Origin: Spirochaetaceae bacterium
Lineage (GTDB): Bacteria > Spirochaetota > Spirochaetia > DSM-2461
Length of the DNA stretch: 64,000 nucleotides
Direction: 5' to 3'
Assembly (NCBI GenBank): GCA_051531975.1
Contig: JAOPTT010000003.1
Span: 160,001 to 224,000, forward strand
The translations under genes were made by a program, and so were the position numbers. Positions 1-10,234 of this stretch are shown piece by piece (position 1 is the first letter of the stretch; each line of letters begins with the position of its first letter). Below the pieces are notes generated by a model. It did no database searches. It had not been told where the DNA came from and saw only the letters and a program-made list of their open reading frames with translations.

Positions 1-649
1 ACTTTTAAATAGTACAATTGAAATGGAGAAAGGTAATAAAATTGATGTTTCAAATATAACAAATAAAGATGAAATGGGGTACTTATTATCTAGCTTTTAT
101 AAAATGAATCACAAGATAACTTCACAGGTTGATTTACTAGATTATAAAGCTCATCATGACGAATTAACTGGTTTACTAAATAGAACTACCTTGAAAAATG
201 TATTATCTGAATCAATCAGATCGTCTAAATCCAAAACAGCTATAATTTTTATTGATTTAAATAATTTTAAAAAGTTGAATGATACATACGGCCATGATAT
301 TGGTGATGAAGTTCTAAAAATGACATCAAAACGTTTAAGTAATTCAATCCGTTTAAATGATAGTGCATTTAGACTTGGTGGTGATGAATTTGTATTAATT
401 ATTACTAACATCCCTGATATAAAATCTTTAGATAATTTAATCTTAACTATAAATAATGCTTTTAATAAAGATATGGAAATTTTAGGTAACAATATTCATA
501 CATCTTTGAGTATAGGAGTTGCGATCTCTCCTGATTATGGTATGAACCCTTCAGAACTTCTAAAATATGCTGATATTGCGATGTATGAATCAAAGAGCTC
601 AAAAGAAAGAAAATATTCAATTTACGATCCTAAAAATTGTATTGTATAA
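1..649 (+). CDS. Diguanylate cyclase (GGDEF domain), 5'-truncated by window edge
   Basis: HDELTGLLNR, FIDLNNFKKLNDTYGH, RLGGDEF; RxxD I-site (RLND) 5 aa upstream of GGDEF; frame open back to position 2. Confidence 0.93.
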   Translation, partial: LLNSTIEMEKGNKIDVSNITNKDEMGYLLSSFYKMNHKITSQVDLLDYKAHHDELTGLLNRTTLKNVLSESIRSSKSKTAIIFIDLNNFKKLNDTYGHDIGDEVLKMTSKRLSNSIRLNDSAFRLGGDEFVLIITNIPDIKSLDNLILTINNAFNKDMEILGNNIHTSLSIGVAISPDYGMNPSELLKYADIAMYESKSSKERKYSIYDPKNCIV

Positions 650-650
650 A

Positions 651-1550
651 ATGATAGTAAAGATTGCTTATTTTTCAGGTACTGGTTGTACACAATTTGT
701 TGCTGAATCATTTAAGAATGAAGTTGAAGCTAGAAATAACTCCGTTTTAATGATTAAAATTGGCAAGGATATTTCTAATAATAAGGAATATGATTTGTTA
801 ATTCTTTGTTATGTAGTTCATGCATTTAATGCCCCAAAGCCAGTGCTTGATTGGGTTAATAAAAATAAAGCATTAGATAATGTTCCAACAGCTATTATTT
901 CTGTTTCTGGTGGTGGAGAAGTCAGCCCTAATTTAGCTTGTCGTTTATTATTAAAGAAGAAGTTAACTAAGAGCAACTACTCTGTATTTTATGAAAAGAT
1001 GATTGTAATGCCATCAAATTGGATAGTATCTACAAAACCAAAACTTGTTAATAAATTATTTGATATATTACCATATAAAATATCATATTATGTAAATGAT
1101 ATTTTGAATAAAAAAATAAGTTTATATAGTCCTGGAATTGGAAATCGTTTTATTTCAATGGTTGGTAAGTTAGAGCATTATGGTGCAGTTCAATTTGGAA
1201 AAAAAATTAAAGTAAATGAGTTTTGTAATGGTTGTGGACTTTGTGAAAAAAAATGTCCAGTTGGAAATATAGTATTACAAAATAACAAACCTCTATTCAA
1301 AGATAATTGTTCTCTTTGTTTACAGTGTATATATTGTTGCCCTGGGAAAGCATTAGTTCCTGGTATTGCTAAATTTGTTATTATTAAAGAAGGATTTAAT
1401 TTTCCTGGGTTACTTAATAATAGAAAGAAAAATGTACTGCTTGATATTAAGAAAGAGACAAAAGGATATTTATGGCTTGGTGTCCGAAGATATTTATTAG
1501 ATAACAAAGAGATGCATGAGCCAAGTTATAAAGAGCCATCTGACATATAG
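651..1550 (+). CDS. EFR1-type flavodoxin + 2x[4Fe-4S] ferredoxin fusion (paralogue 1)
   Basis: YFSGTG flavodoxin loop; CNGCGLCEKKCP and CSLCLQCIYCCP; start moved to ATG 651, just after the upstream stop. Confidence 0.85.
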   Translation: MIVKIAYFSGTGCTQFVAESFKNEVEARNNSVLMIKIGKDISNNKEYDLLILCYVVHAFNAPKPVLDWVNKNKALDNVPTAIISVSGGGEVSPNLACRLLLKKKLTKSNYSVFYEKMIVMPSNWIVSTKPKLVNKLFDILPYKISYYVNDILNKKISLYSPGIGNRFISMVGKLEHYGAVQFGKKIKVNEFCNGCGLCEKKCPVGNIVLQNNKPLFKDNCSLCLQCIYCCPGKALVPGIAKFVIIKEGFNFPGLLNNRKKNVLLDIKKETKGYLWLGVRRYLLDNKEMHEPSYKEPSDI

Positions 1551-1590
1551 TTAATTTTATTTAGGGTATAACTCTACTGGAGCACTATGT

Positions 1591-2928
1591 TTAATCTGTT
1601 AACTTTGCAATCCATACACCTTTTCGCATTTTGTAATAAGATATTGAAAGTCTAACAATCTCTTCAAAAGAGACAGCCAAGAAGACAATATGTAGTGGTA
1701 GTTTTAATAACAATGCAGCTATAATTCCTGCAGGGATTCCAATCGCAGTTAGTGTTAGTAGCTGTATTTTAATTAAATATCCAGTCTCTCCACCTGTTCT
1801 TAAGACACCTTCGTAAATAACCATATTCATAATTTGAATTGGTAATATAATCATGGCTACAAAAATAAGAGTATAAGCTTGGGTTTGTATATTAGTTTCA
1901 AGTTGAAAAAGTTCTAAATAATATGGAAGAGCCATTAGTAAAAGTAGAGAAAAGCTTATAGTTAAAATTAATGTATACTTCATTATCTTTCTTGCTAAAT
2001 GTTTTGCTTTATCAAAATCACCTCTGCCTAAGGATTGTCCAATAAGTGTCGAAGCTGCTGTACTTAAACCAGCAAATATTCCAAAAGCTACATTCTGTAA
2101 AGGGACAAGTACTGTCATTGCAGCCATCTGGCTTGTTCCCATTCTTCCATATAAAACAGCATAAAATGTTATACTACCAATAAACACTATTTCTGAAACA
2201 ATAAGTGGGTATGCAACTTTACGGAATTTTGAATGAATCTCATTTTTACCATCATTATCATCTTTCATTTTAACTTTTTTGTTAATTATCCCCAACTTAA
2301 AAAAGCAGATAATAATAATTGCAGCCTCAATAACTCTTGCGGCAACAGTTGCCATCGCGGCACCTTCTATACCAAAACCCTGAATATTACCTACACCATA
2401 AATTAAAATATAATTTAGGACTGTATTTGATATAACAGCAGTTACTCCTGCAATAACTGGAACCCGGATCATACCACAGGACTTAAGTGCAGCACTAAAA
2501 ACCATTACTAACATCAATGGAAAAAATGACATCGATAATATTTTTAAATAACCTATACCATACTCTATAACCTCTACATCTTTAGAAAAAAGCTTCATCA
2601 CAGAACCAGGGGCAATAATGGAAAATAATAAAACTGGAATAAGTATAATAAAACCATAAATTACACTTAATTTAATAACTGGCTTTATTTTATCATACTG
2701 TTTATCACCCCAAAACTGGGCAACAAAAATTGTTAAAGCACCGGATATTGCCATAAAGGTAAAAAATAGAATTGTAAGTGGTCTTAGTGCTAGTCCAGCA
2801 GCAGCCATTGCTGATCCACCAAGTCGAGATACCATTACTTGATCAATTATAGATAATGAGCTCTGAATTAAACTCTGGAAAGCTATGGGAATTGCTAATG
2901 AAAATACTAATTTAAATGTTTTGCTCAT
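1591..2928 (-). CDS. MATE family efflux transporter
   Basis: IDQVMVSRLG, AQFWG, LNYILIYG..GIEGAAMAT, IGQSLG; about 12 hydrophobic segments. Confidence 0.92.
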   Translation of the reverse strand: MSKTFKLVFSLAIPIAFQSLIQSSLSIIDQVMVSRLGGSAMAAAGLALRPLTILFFTFMAISGALTIFVAQFWGDKQYDKIKPVIKLSVIYGFIILIPVLLFSIIAPGSVMKLFSKDVEVIEYGIGYLKILSMSFFPLMLVMVFSAALKSCGMIRVPVIAGVTAVISNTVLNYILIYGVGNIQGFGIEGAAMATVAARVIEAAIIIICFFKLGIINKKVKMKDDNDGKNEIHSKFRKVAYPLIVSEIVFIGSITFYAVLYGRMGTSQMAAMTVLVPLQNVAFGIFAGLSTAASTLIGQSLGRGDFDKAKHLARKIMKYTLILTISFSLLLLMALPYYLELFQLETNIQTQAYTLIFVAMIILPIQIMNMVIYEGVLRTGGETGYLIKIQLLTLTAIGIPAGIIAALLLKLPLHIVFLAVSFEEIVRLSISYYKMRKGVWIAKLTD

Positions 2929-3030
2929 AAGATCTCCTAAAAATAATAGACTTTAACAATGTCCTATATATTTTTATGTTAATACCTTATTATTATTAAA
3001 AAGTTGTATAATATTAACCTGGAGGATAAA

Positions 3031-3972
3031 ATGTTTCCATATTATGAGAATGCCATATACGATAATACTAACCTGCCTTTAGTAGTATATAAGTTGTTTT
3101 CAGAGAGCCCAGATAATTCAATAAGTCAAAGTATAGATATAAGTAACAACAGTGAGCCACACCGATACAATAAATATGAATGTAGACAGGTTCATCATTG
3201 GCATAATAGCTTAGAGATACTATATTTCTTTAGAGATGGTGCTGGGATTATTATTAATGGAGAAGAATATTATGCCAAAGCAGGGGATATAATACTTGTA
3301 GATTCTTTTGATATTCATAAAAACCCAAATGAGACCATAGATGGCCATTATGTTTTTTTAATCGACCCAGCACTACTACCAATTAATACTGCAACCCAGA
3401 TACAATTCCCAAAGGCTTATGAAAAAAAGTGGCTTAAAAAAGATAATAACTACGAACCATTTAGAGAGATAATCGCTAGTAAAATGGACCTAATCATAGA
3501 TATATTTGAAAAGCATAATATTGAAAACAAAATAAATTATTATCAACTATATTCAGAGATATTTATGCTTCTTGCAAAACTTGAAGAATATTTAAAAGAC
3601 GTAGATTATGACTATGTAATAAAAATAGATAGTTCCGCACATCAGAGAGAAATTCTTAAACAAATATATAGCTATGTGACATATAATTATCAAAATGATA
3701 TATCCCTCAAAGAGATATCTGAACTTGTTGGTTTTACACAAAACTATTTCTGTAAATTCATAAAATTATCAACTAATCAGACTTTTTTAGAGTTTTTAAA
3801 TAGCTACAGGTGTCAAATTGCCTGTAATACAATGCAAACTACCAATGAATCAATTACAACAATAGCTCTAGATTGTGGTTTTTCATCAATCAGCTACTTT
3901 AGTAAGGTTTTTAGTAAAATATATAAAATAAGTCCGAGGAATTATAGGAATAAGATATTTGATACTAAATAA
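3031..3972 (+). CDS. AraC family transcriptional regulator (cupin + HTH)
   Basis: HHWHNSLEILY cupin; IALDCGFSSISYFSKVFSK AraC HTH; RBS GGAGG before ATG 3031; divergent from MATE. Confidence 0.92.
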   Translation: MFPYYENAIYDNTNLPLVVYKLFSESPDNSISQSIDISNNSEPHRYNKYECRQVHHWHNSLEILYFFRDGAGIIINGEEYYAKAGDIILVDSFDIHKNPNETIDGHYVFLIDPALLPINTATQIQFPKAYEKKWLKKDNNYEPFREIIASKMDLIIDIFEKHNIENKINYYQLYSEIFMLLAKLEEYLKDVDYDYVIKIDSSAHQREILKQIYSYVTYNYQNDISLKEISELVGFTQNYFCKFIKLSTNQTFLEFLNSYRCQIACNTMQTTNESITTIALDCGFSSISYFSKVFSKIYKISPRNYRNKIFDTK

Positions 3973-4065
3973 ATTTGCTCTTAATTTATATTTAAAAAGT
4001 TTTAGTATAAGATTATATATATTCGAGGGTGTTCGTAATAATTAAAAATAAAATATGGAGAAGTT

Positions 4066-4833
4066 ATGGTTGGAATTGAAATTATAACATTAGATTCTAC
4101 TAATGTAGAAAAACATGGATGTTACTGCCTAAAAAACAAAAAATTACCTGGATATAAAAATAAACTTGTTTGGTTAAAAGAGAGGTTTGACGAGGGACTA
4201 AAAGTTAAGATCTTATATTCTAAAGATGAAGGGCATATTGGATTTATTGAATATATATCAGGAGATTTTTCCTGGAGAGGATTTTCAGATCCAAACTACC
4301 TTTTTATTCATTGCATTTATATCGCAAAAAAAAATCATAGAAATAAGGATTATGGGAAACTCTTATTAGATGAATGCTTAAGGGATGCAGAAATAGGAGA
4401 TAAAATAGGAATAGCTGTTATTTCAAGTAATACTGCTATGCTTGCCGAAAGTAATGTTTTTTTAAAGAATGGTTTTACTGTTATTGATAAACATCCACCT
4501 AAATATGAGCTATTGGTTAAACAATTAACCAACGGGAAACTACCAAAGTTTGAGAACAATAAGTCTTTAAAGATATATGAAAAAGGCCTGCATTTAATAT
4601 ATGCAGATCAATGTCCATATTTAGAAAAATCTGTTGATACCATAGACAAAATAGCAAAAGAAAAGAAAATTAATTTAAATATTATAAAAATTAAGTCATG
4701 GAAAGATGCTCAAAATGCGCCATCTCTTTATGGAGTATTTAATTTGATCTTAGATGGAGAATTAATTGCTGAACATTATATTAGTGAAAAACGATTTTTG
4801 AATATTATGGATAAAAATTCTAATACCATGTAA
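4066..4833 (+). CDS. GNAT acetyltransferase with YoaP-like C-terminal domain
   Basis: GFIEY..YLFIHC..RNKDYGKLLL motif A; QCPY and AQNAPS C-terminal motifs. Confidence 0.8.
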   Translation: MVGIEIITLDSTNVEKHGCYCLKNKKLPGYKNKLVWLKERFDEGLKVKILYSKDEGHIGFIEYISGDFSWRGFSDPNYLFIHCIYIAKKNHRNKDYGKLLLDECLRDAEIGDKIGIAVISSNTAMLAESNVFLKNGFTVIDKHPPKYELLVKQLTNGKLPKFENNKSLKIYEKGLHLIYADQCPYLEKSVDTIDKIAKEKKINLNIIKIKSWKDAQNAPSLYGVFNLILDGELIAEHYISEKRFLNIMDKNSNTM

Positions 4834-4844
4834 AGGAGGAACAG

Positions 4845-5267
4845 ATGAAACAAGATATTATTCATATTGCTTTAGTTATCAAGGATTATGATGAGGCAAT
4901 AGAATTTTATACAAAAAAACTTCGCTTCACTCTACTAGAGGATACATATCAGCCAGAACAAGATAAACGTTGGGTGGTTATTTCACCTCCAAACTCCAAA
5001 GGAACTACTATTTTACTTGCTAGAGCATCAAAACCTGAACAACTAGATTTTATTGGTTCTCAATCAGGGGGCAGAGTATTTCTTTTTCTTAATACAGATG
5101 ATTTTTGGCGAGACTATAATGAAATGATTTCGAAGGGTATTGAATTTGTCAGACAACCAAAAGAAGCTGAATATGGAACAGTTGCTGTTTTTAAGGACTT
5201 ATATGGCAATCTCTGGGATTTATTAGAAATGAATAAAAATCATCCTATAAGCAAAAGACTTAATTAA
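4845..5267 (+). CDS. VOC/glyoxalase family protein
   Basis: HIALVIKDYDEAIEFY, YGTVAVFKDLYGNLWDL. Confidence 0.92.
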   Translation: MKQDIIHIALVIKDYDEAIEFYTKKLRFTLLEDTYQPEQDKRWVVISPPNSKGTTILLARASKPEQLDFIGSQSGGRVFLFLNTDDFWRDYNEMISKGIEFVRQPKEAEYGTVAVFKDLYGNLWDLLEMNKNHPISKRLN

Positions 5268-5293
5268 AGTAAATATCAAGAGCCCTATAAGTT

Positions 5294-5319
5294 TGGGGAT
5301 TTACAGTTTTAATTCCCCA
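5294..5319. terminator. Hairpin between convergent genes, possible bidirectional terminator
   Basis: TGGGGA...TCCCCA stem. Confidence 0.4.
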
Positions 5320-5357
5320 TAAAGTACAATGACTAACACAATATGAGGATTAAAATA

Positions 5358-6215
5358 TTAACTTAAACTAGACTTAAGCCCAGTAATAAAGCTTTGTGGC
5401 TTTCGGCCAAGAAGTTTTTCCAAATCGGAACTATTTCCTTCTAAAGAACCAGCATTTATAGATTTTTCAAGAGCTAAAACAAATCCAATAGTACCCTCTT
5501 GTAGACCAGCACTAGTTAAAGATTTTGCTCTTGTTTCTGAACTAACGGAATTAAAAATGATTTTTTTTCCATAGATCTCTGTAGCAAATTCTGCAAATTG
5601 GGAAAAATCCCATGCATCACCAGCAAGTTCATATACTTTCCCAGTATGCCCATCTTCAGTTAATGCTTTAGCAGCAGCTTCAGCATAATCAATTCTTGAA
5701 ACAGAAGATACTTTACCATTTTTTACAGACGATTCTATAAAGCCATCTTTACCTGCTAGTTCCACATCTTTAATATAGTTTTCAGTATACCAGTTATTTC
5801 GTAATATTATTGAAGGTAAACCTGACTCTCTAATCAATTTTTCTGTCTCTTTATGCTCAGGGGCAACAGGATTAGTTGTTGTATCTGCTTTAAAAACACT
5901 TGTATAAGTTAATAATTTAACACCAGCATCGACGGCAGCAATTACAACATTTTTATGCTGTGGAATTCTCTTCCCAACTTCATTACCAGAAATTAAAAGA
6001 AGTTTATCAATCCCCATAAATGCTACTTTTAATGTATTTGGATTATTGTAGTCAGCTATTCTAACTTCAACACCTAACTGCTCTAAATGAAAAGCCTTTG
6101 ATTTATCTCTAACCATTGCAACTATTGAAGAAGCTGGAATATCGAACTCTAATAGTTTTTGAATTACTAAAGTCCCAAGTTGTCCTGTTGAGCCTGTTAT
6201 ACCATATTTTGACAT
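5358..6215 (-). CDS. qorB: NAD(P)H:quinone oxidoreductase, QorB/YtfG-like atypical SDR
   Basis: TGSTGQLG, LLLISGNEVGKRIPQHKNV, LRNNWYTEN, RIDYAEAAA. Confidence 0.85.
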   Translation of the reverse strand: MSKYGITGSTGQLGTLVIQKLLEFDIPASSIVAMVRDKSKAFHLEQLGVEVRIADYNNPNTLKVAFMGIDKLLLISGNEVGKRIPQHKNVVIAAVDAGVKLLTYTSVFKADTTTNPVAPEHKETEKLIRESGLPSIILRNNWYTENYIKDVELAGKDGFIESSVKNGKVSSVSRIDYAEAAAKALTEDGHTGKVYELAGDAWDFSQFAEFATEIYGKKIIFNSVSSETRAKSLTSAGLQEGTIGFVLALEKSINAGSLEGNSSDLEKLLGRKPQSFITGLKSSLS

Positions 6216-6238
6216 TTTCTGATCTCCTATCTTTAATA

Positions 6239-6270
6239 CTAACTTTAAGTTAGCACATACTTTAAGTTAG
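6239..6270. promoter_or_regulatory. Tandem operator between qorB and HxlR regulator
   Basis: Palindrome CTAACTT-T-AAGTTAG (6239-6253) plus imperfect copy CATACTTTAAGTTAG (6256-6270). Confidence 0.65.
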
Positions 6271-6325
6271 TGCAATCCTTTTGATAGTGACTAAATAAAA
6301 AAATTAAGATAAAATAATATTAATT

Positions 6326-6673
6326 ATGAATAAAGAAGTTTCAAAGCCATATAATGTATTTGCCTCACGTTGCCCATCAAGGAAGACATTTGAGAATATA
6401 TTTAGTAGATGGGGCATACTTGTTCTTGTAAAATTATCTGAAGGTCCGATTCGTTTTGGAGCTTTAAGAAGAGAAATTGATGGAATAAGTGAAAAAATGC
6501 TCTCTCAAACTCTGAAACATCTCGAGTTAGAAGGTTTAGTAAACCGTAAAGAGTGGGATGAGAAACCTCCCCGAGTTGAATACTCATTAACGAAACCCGG
6601 TATTAAGTTATCTAAAACAATGTTTCAAGCTTTACAAGATTTATATGAAGAACTTGGTCATAGAAAAAAATAA
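6326..6673 (+). CDS. HxlR/DUF24 winged-helix regulator (QorR/YtfH-like)
   Basis: N-terminal CPSR redox cysteine; GISEKMLSQTL; PPRVEYSLT; divergent from qorB. Confidence 0.92.
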   Translation: MNKEVSKPYNVFASRCPSRKTFENIFSRWGILVLVKLSEGPIRFGALRREIDGISEKMLSQTLKHLELEGLVNRKEWDEKPPRVEYSLTKPGIKLSKTMFQALQDLYEELGHRKK

Positions 6674-6689
6674 AATATTGTGATCTAAT

Positions 6690-7043
6690 TTGCAAAGATT
6701 AGATACCATAATTAGCTGTTCAGAATTAAAAAGATATGTTCATGGAGAACTATCGACCCCAGATCAAAAAATAGAAGAAGTTAATTATTCTACATTAAAA
6801 AGTAGGATGTCAGTTTCTGCTGTAATCGAAGTAGAAGAGCAAAACTCTGAAGAAGCAACAAGAATATCAAATACATTGATGGCAATGCTAAACAGTAATA
6901 ATGCAGATAGTGTAAAAACCAGGTATGATTTCTTCTACTATCCTGAAGTTCAAAAAGCTAAGTATGTTGTTTATGGTTCACCTAAAACCATAGCTGAAAT
7001 TCTAAGGGTATTTGATCTAATTTCTGGGCAAAAGGAGAGTTAA
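6690..7043 (+). CDS. Hypothetical protein
   Basis: 117-aa ORF fills the gap; TTG start is uncertain; stop abuts the next ATG. Confidence 0.5.
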   Translation: MQRLDTIISCSELKRYVHGELSTPDQKIEEVNYSTLKSRMSVSAVIEVEEQNSEEATRISNTLMAMLNSNNADSVKTRYDFFYYPEVQKAKYVVYGSPKTIAEILRVFDLISGQKES

Positions 7044-7775
7044 ATGGTTAACAACGTATTCAAAACAGAAGAAGGTGAAGAGATAATAAAGAACTTTACT
7101 ACAGAATTATATAAATCTAATAACGAATATAATTTCAATAAGGTAGAAGTAGAAACTACAGCTGGAAAGGCAAATCTTCTACAAATCGGAGATATAAATA
7201 AGCCTATTATTTTTATGCTTCATGGCACCATGTCAAATAGCGCAACATGGTTATTAGATATATTCAACGAATTGAACATTCAGAAAGCCTCTTTAATAAC
7301 CATGAGTCTTGGTAGTTGGTATGGATTAAATTTTGCGACATTATACCCTGAAAAGATAAAATCAATGTCTATGTTAACAACTAGTGGAATATTTCCAGCT
7401 AAAGTTAGTTTTATTTTTAAAGCTATATTTTTTATGATGTTAGGTGCAAAAGGGCAAAAATTATTGAACAAAGCAATATTTTACAAAACTCCGACAGTGA
7501 AAGATGTTATGTTTGTAAAATATAATGAATATGTTTCTAAATATTTCAAACCGATGCTTGAACCTATTCCTATATTTACTGATGAGAGATTAAAAAAAAT
7601 TGACTTTCCAATACAATATTTTGGTGGAGACAAAGATGTATTATTAAACTCAATTGAAACAGGCAAGAGGATGATTAAACATGTTCCACAAGCTAAAGTT
7701 AATATATTAAAAGAGACTGGTCTTGTAATTATAGATAAGTTTGATGACATACAGAAATTCCTATTAGATATATAA
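7044..7775 (+). pseudogene. Alpha/beta hydrolase, apparently degenerate (internal in-frame deletion, catalytic His lost)
   Basis: LHG oxyanion motif only about 25 aa before the TMSLG elbow; GDKD acid present; expected GH reads TGL. Confidence 0.55.
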
Positions 7776-7857
7776 AATAAAATCAAAAAAGAAGTGTTTG
7801 ACTAATATTTAAAAATAAATTAAAAATTATCTAATTAATAATATAAATGGAGAGAAA

Positions 7858-8748
7858 ATGAAAAAAAATATTTACGTAATGGTAGTGCTAAGTATCCTTT
7901 TATTTAGTTGTGCAACTTTGGATCAAAACTATATCAATGATGATAACAATAAAGTTGAAGTAGACAATTTAGATCTACAAATGGGATATGACATCTACAA
8001 CTTTAAAGTAGACTTAATAAGAAATACAACCACAGAAGTAAGTACATCCACAGATGCCCAGGGGAATACCAGTACATCAACATCTCAAGTTGACGTTCCA
8101 TATCATTATCTTGGTGTAAGATTTGGTAATGGGATATATTATGATTATAACCGAAATCTTTCTGTTGACCTGATAAAATTCTACAATATTGATGAAAACA
8201 GTTTTAATATTAAAACTAAAAGTAAAGGTTTTTTTACCCCTACAATAGTTTATACAAAAACAGAAGAATCATTTGAACATGAAGTTAAATCTCTATTTTT
8301 TGGTGGTAAATTAAAAGCTAACTACGACAAAAACAAAGTTGTTATAGAAGGTGCATTTTTTAGACCAGAAACAACAATAACTATCTTAGATGATAAAATA
8401 ATGTGTGATCCTAAAGGAGTATTTGGATTTTTAAGTAAAGCAGAAATAACCAGTAACAGTTCAAATACAGTTGAGTTTCCAGGATTTTGGAATGATGCTG
8501 TATTTACTCAGACTGATGAAAATACAATATCTTTAGGTAAATATTTCTTTGTAAGAAAAGTTGGTAAAGAGGTTGAATTTGAGTATAATGGTCTGTTTAA
8601 TTCAACTACAACTTATAACTTTATGAAAACAGAAAATGGATTCATATTTTACAATGAATTTTATTATGGCGTAAAAGTTGAAAAGAATAAAAACAAAATT
8701 TCTATATATTCTAATGATACAAAAATGTCGACCTCAGTTATAGATTAA
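7858..8748 (+). CDS. Lipoprotein, beta-strand rich
   Basis: MKK + hydrophobic core + LLFS-C lipobox; RBS GGAGA. Confidence 0.85.
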   Translation: MKKNIYVMVVLSILLFSCATLDQNYINDDNNKVEVDNLDLQMGYDIYNFKVDLIRNTTTEVSTSTDAQGNTSTSTSQVDVPYHYLGVRFGNGIYYDYNRNLSVDLIKFYNIDENSFNIKTKSKGFFTPTIVYTKTEESFEHEVKSLFFGGKLKANYDKNKVVIEGAFFRPETTITILDDKIMCDPKGVFGFLSKAEITSNSSNTVEFPGFWNDAVFTQTDENTISLGKYFFVRKVGKEVEFEYNGLFNSTTTYNFMKTENGFIFYNEFYYGVKVEKNKNKISIYSNDTKMSTSVID

Positions 8749-8790
8749 TAATTCATATAATTAAAAAGGATATAGAATCTGCTTAGCTTC

Positions 8791-8817
8791 TTGACAGTTA
8801 AGCAGATTAACTATAAT
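8791..8817 (+). promoter_or_regulatory. Sigma70-type promoter with embedded MarR-type operator
   Basis: TTGACA (8791) and TATAAT (8812); inverted repeat AGTTAA-N5-TTAACT between them. Confidence 0.65.
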
Positions 8818-8825
8818 GTTAAATT

Positions 8826-9281
8826 ATGGCAAATAGTAAGATAATTGATATTTACAACCAATACCATAGAATACATAACCAGTTTTCTATTATTAAACGT
8901 AAATCAATTATTAAATACAATGACACGACACTGTTCCCTGCAGAGATGCACTTATTAACTGTTATAAACAATAATCCATCATTCACAATATCTGAGATTG
9001 CTTCCCATTTATATATAACAAATAGTGCCGCATCTCAAATTGTTAAAAAGTTATATGCAAAAGGATTATTGGATAAGAAAAGAAATATTGAAAATGAGAG
9101 AGTTGTAATATTATCACCAACTAAGTCTGGGAAAGAGGCTATTAATTATTTTATGAATAGTCAAGAAAGTGCTCTAGGGGAATTATTAAAAGAGATGACG
9201 GAGTTCACACCAGATCAGGTTGAAACTGTAGGTACATTTTTAAGTAAAATGGAAGAAATATATATAAAGAAGTTAAAATAA
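8826..9281 (+). CDS. MarR family regulator
   Basis: TISEIASHLYITNSAASQIVKKL..KGLL..ENERVVILSPT. Confidence 0.92.
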   Translation: MANSKIIDIYNQYHRIHNQFSIIKRKSIIKYNDTTLFPAEMHLLTVINNNPSFTISEIASHLYITNSAASQIVKKLYAKGLLDKKRNIENERVVILSPTKSGKEAINYFMNSQESALGELLKEMTEFTPDQVETVGTFLSKMEEIYIKKLK

Positions 9282-9297
9282 TTTTTTTTGAGCTAAT

Positions 9298-9314
9298 AGT
9301 TAAGTTGCTTAAAT
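9298..9314. promoter_or_regulatory. Second copy of the MarR-type operator
   Basis: AGTTAA-GTTGC-TTAAAT, similar to 8796-8812. Confidence 0.5.
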
Positions 9315-9329
9315 ATAAAGGAGGTAAAG

Positions 9330-10163
9330 ATGAGAATAAAAATTACCTATTTTACAGGATCAGGTAACACAGAATTGGTTACATCAAAAATTGCGGAGGG
9401 GTTTGCTGCATACCATGAAGTAGAAACAATTGCGGTTAATAAAATAATAAATGATGTTGATATCGGTTTTAATGACAGTGACGTCTTAGGGTTAGGATAC
9501 CCTGTTTATGATTACAAACCACCTAATGTTATCTTTGATTTAATAGATAAACTTAAAATTAATAATAAACCAAAACCAACCTTTTTATTTTCAACATATA
9601 CATCAAAACCCTTAGATTGTAATTCTCATTTAATAGAACTACTTAGAAAAAAAAATTATTATGTTATTACACAGAACAATTTCCAAAGTCCTGGTGCCAG
9701 TGCATTTTTATATGGGAATACAAATTTAAAAGTAGTTAAAGATTGCATGAGATTCGAAAATAATATCGATTCAAAGATTAAAAAGTTTACTTTAGATATT
9801 CTTAATTTACTGGAGAAATTTAAAGATTCAACTTTTCATATAGCTCCAGATTTTAATAGATTTAATAAAATACATCAGAGGTTATCAAAAGTACTTTATG
9901 GGACTCTGTTTTATATGAACCTCAAAGTAAATGATAATTGTAGTTTATGTGGGAAGTGTACTAAAACGTGCATAGATTCTAATTTACAAATTGAAGATGG
10001 AAACTTAAAAATTAAAAGTAAAAACCACTGTTCTAAGTGTTTAAGATGTGTCGTAAATTGCCAAAAAAAAGCAATAAACTTTACTAGTAGTGGCAGAAAA
10101 TCAGATTATAATAAAAGTGAAATAATTAGTTGTTATAAAAAATCGACTAAAGTATTAGTTTAA
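9330..10163 (+). CDS. EFR1-type flavodoxin + ferredoxin fusion (paralogue 2)
   Basis: YFTGSGNT, LGYPVY, CSLCGKCTKTC, CSKCLRCVVNC. Confidence 0.87.
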   Translation: MRIKITYFTGSGNTELVTSKIAEGFAAYHEVETIAVNKIINDVDIGFNDSDVLGLGYPVYDYKPPNVIFDLIDKLKINNKPKPTFLFSTYTSKPLDCNSHLIELLRKKNYYVITQNNFQSPGASAFLYGNTNLKVVKDCMRFENNIDSKIKKFTLDILNLLEKFKDSTFHIAPDFNRFNKIHQRLSKVLYGTLFYMNLKVNDNCSLCGKCTKTCIDSNLQIEDGNLKIKSKNHCSKCLRCVVNCQKKAINFTSSGRKSDYNKSEIISCYKKSTKVLV

Positions 10164-10234
10164 TAATATTAGAGTTCTATCTATACAACGAAACTATTCT
10201 AATATGTTTAGAATATAGCTATACTACTTTTATT

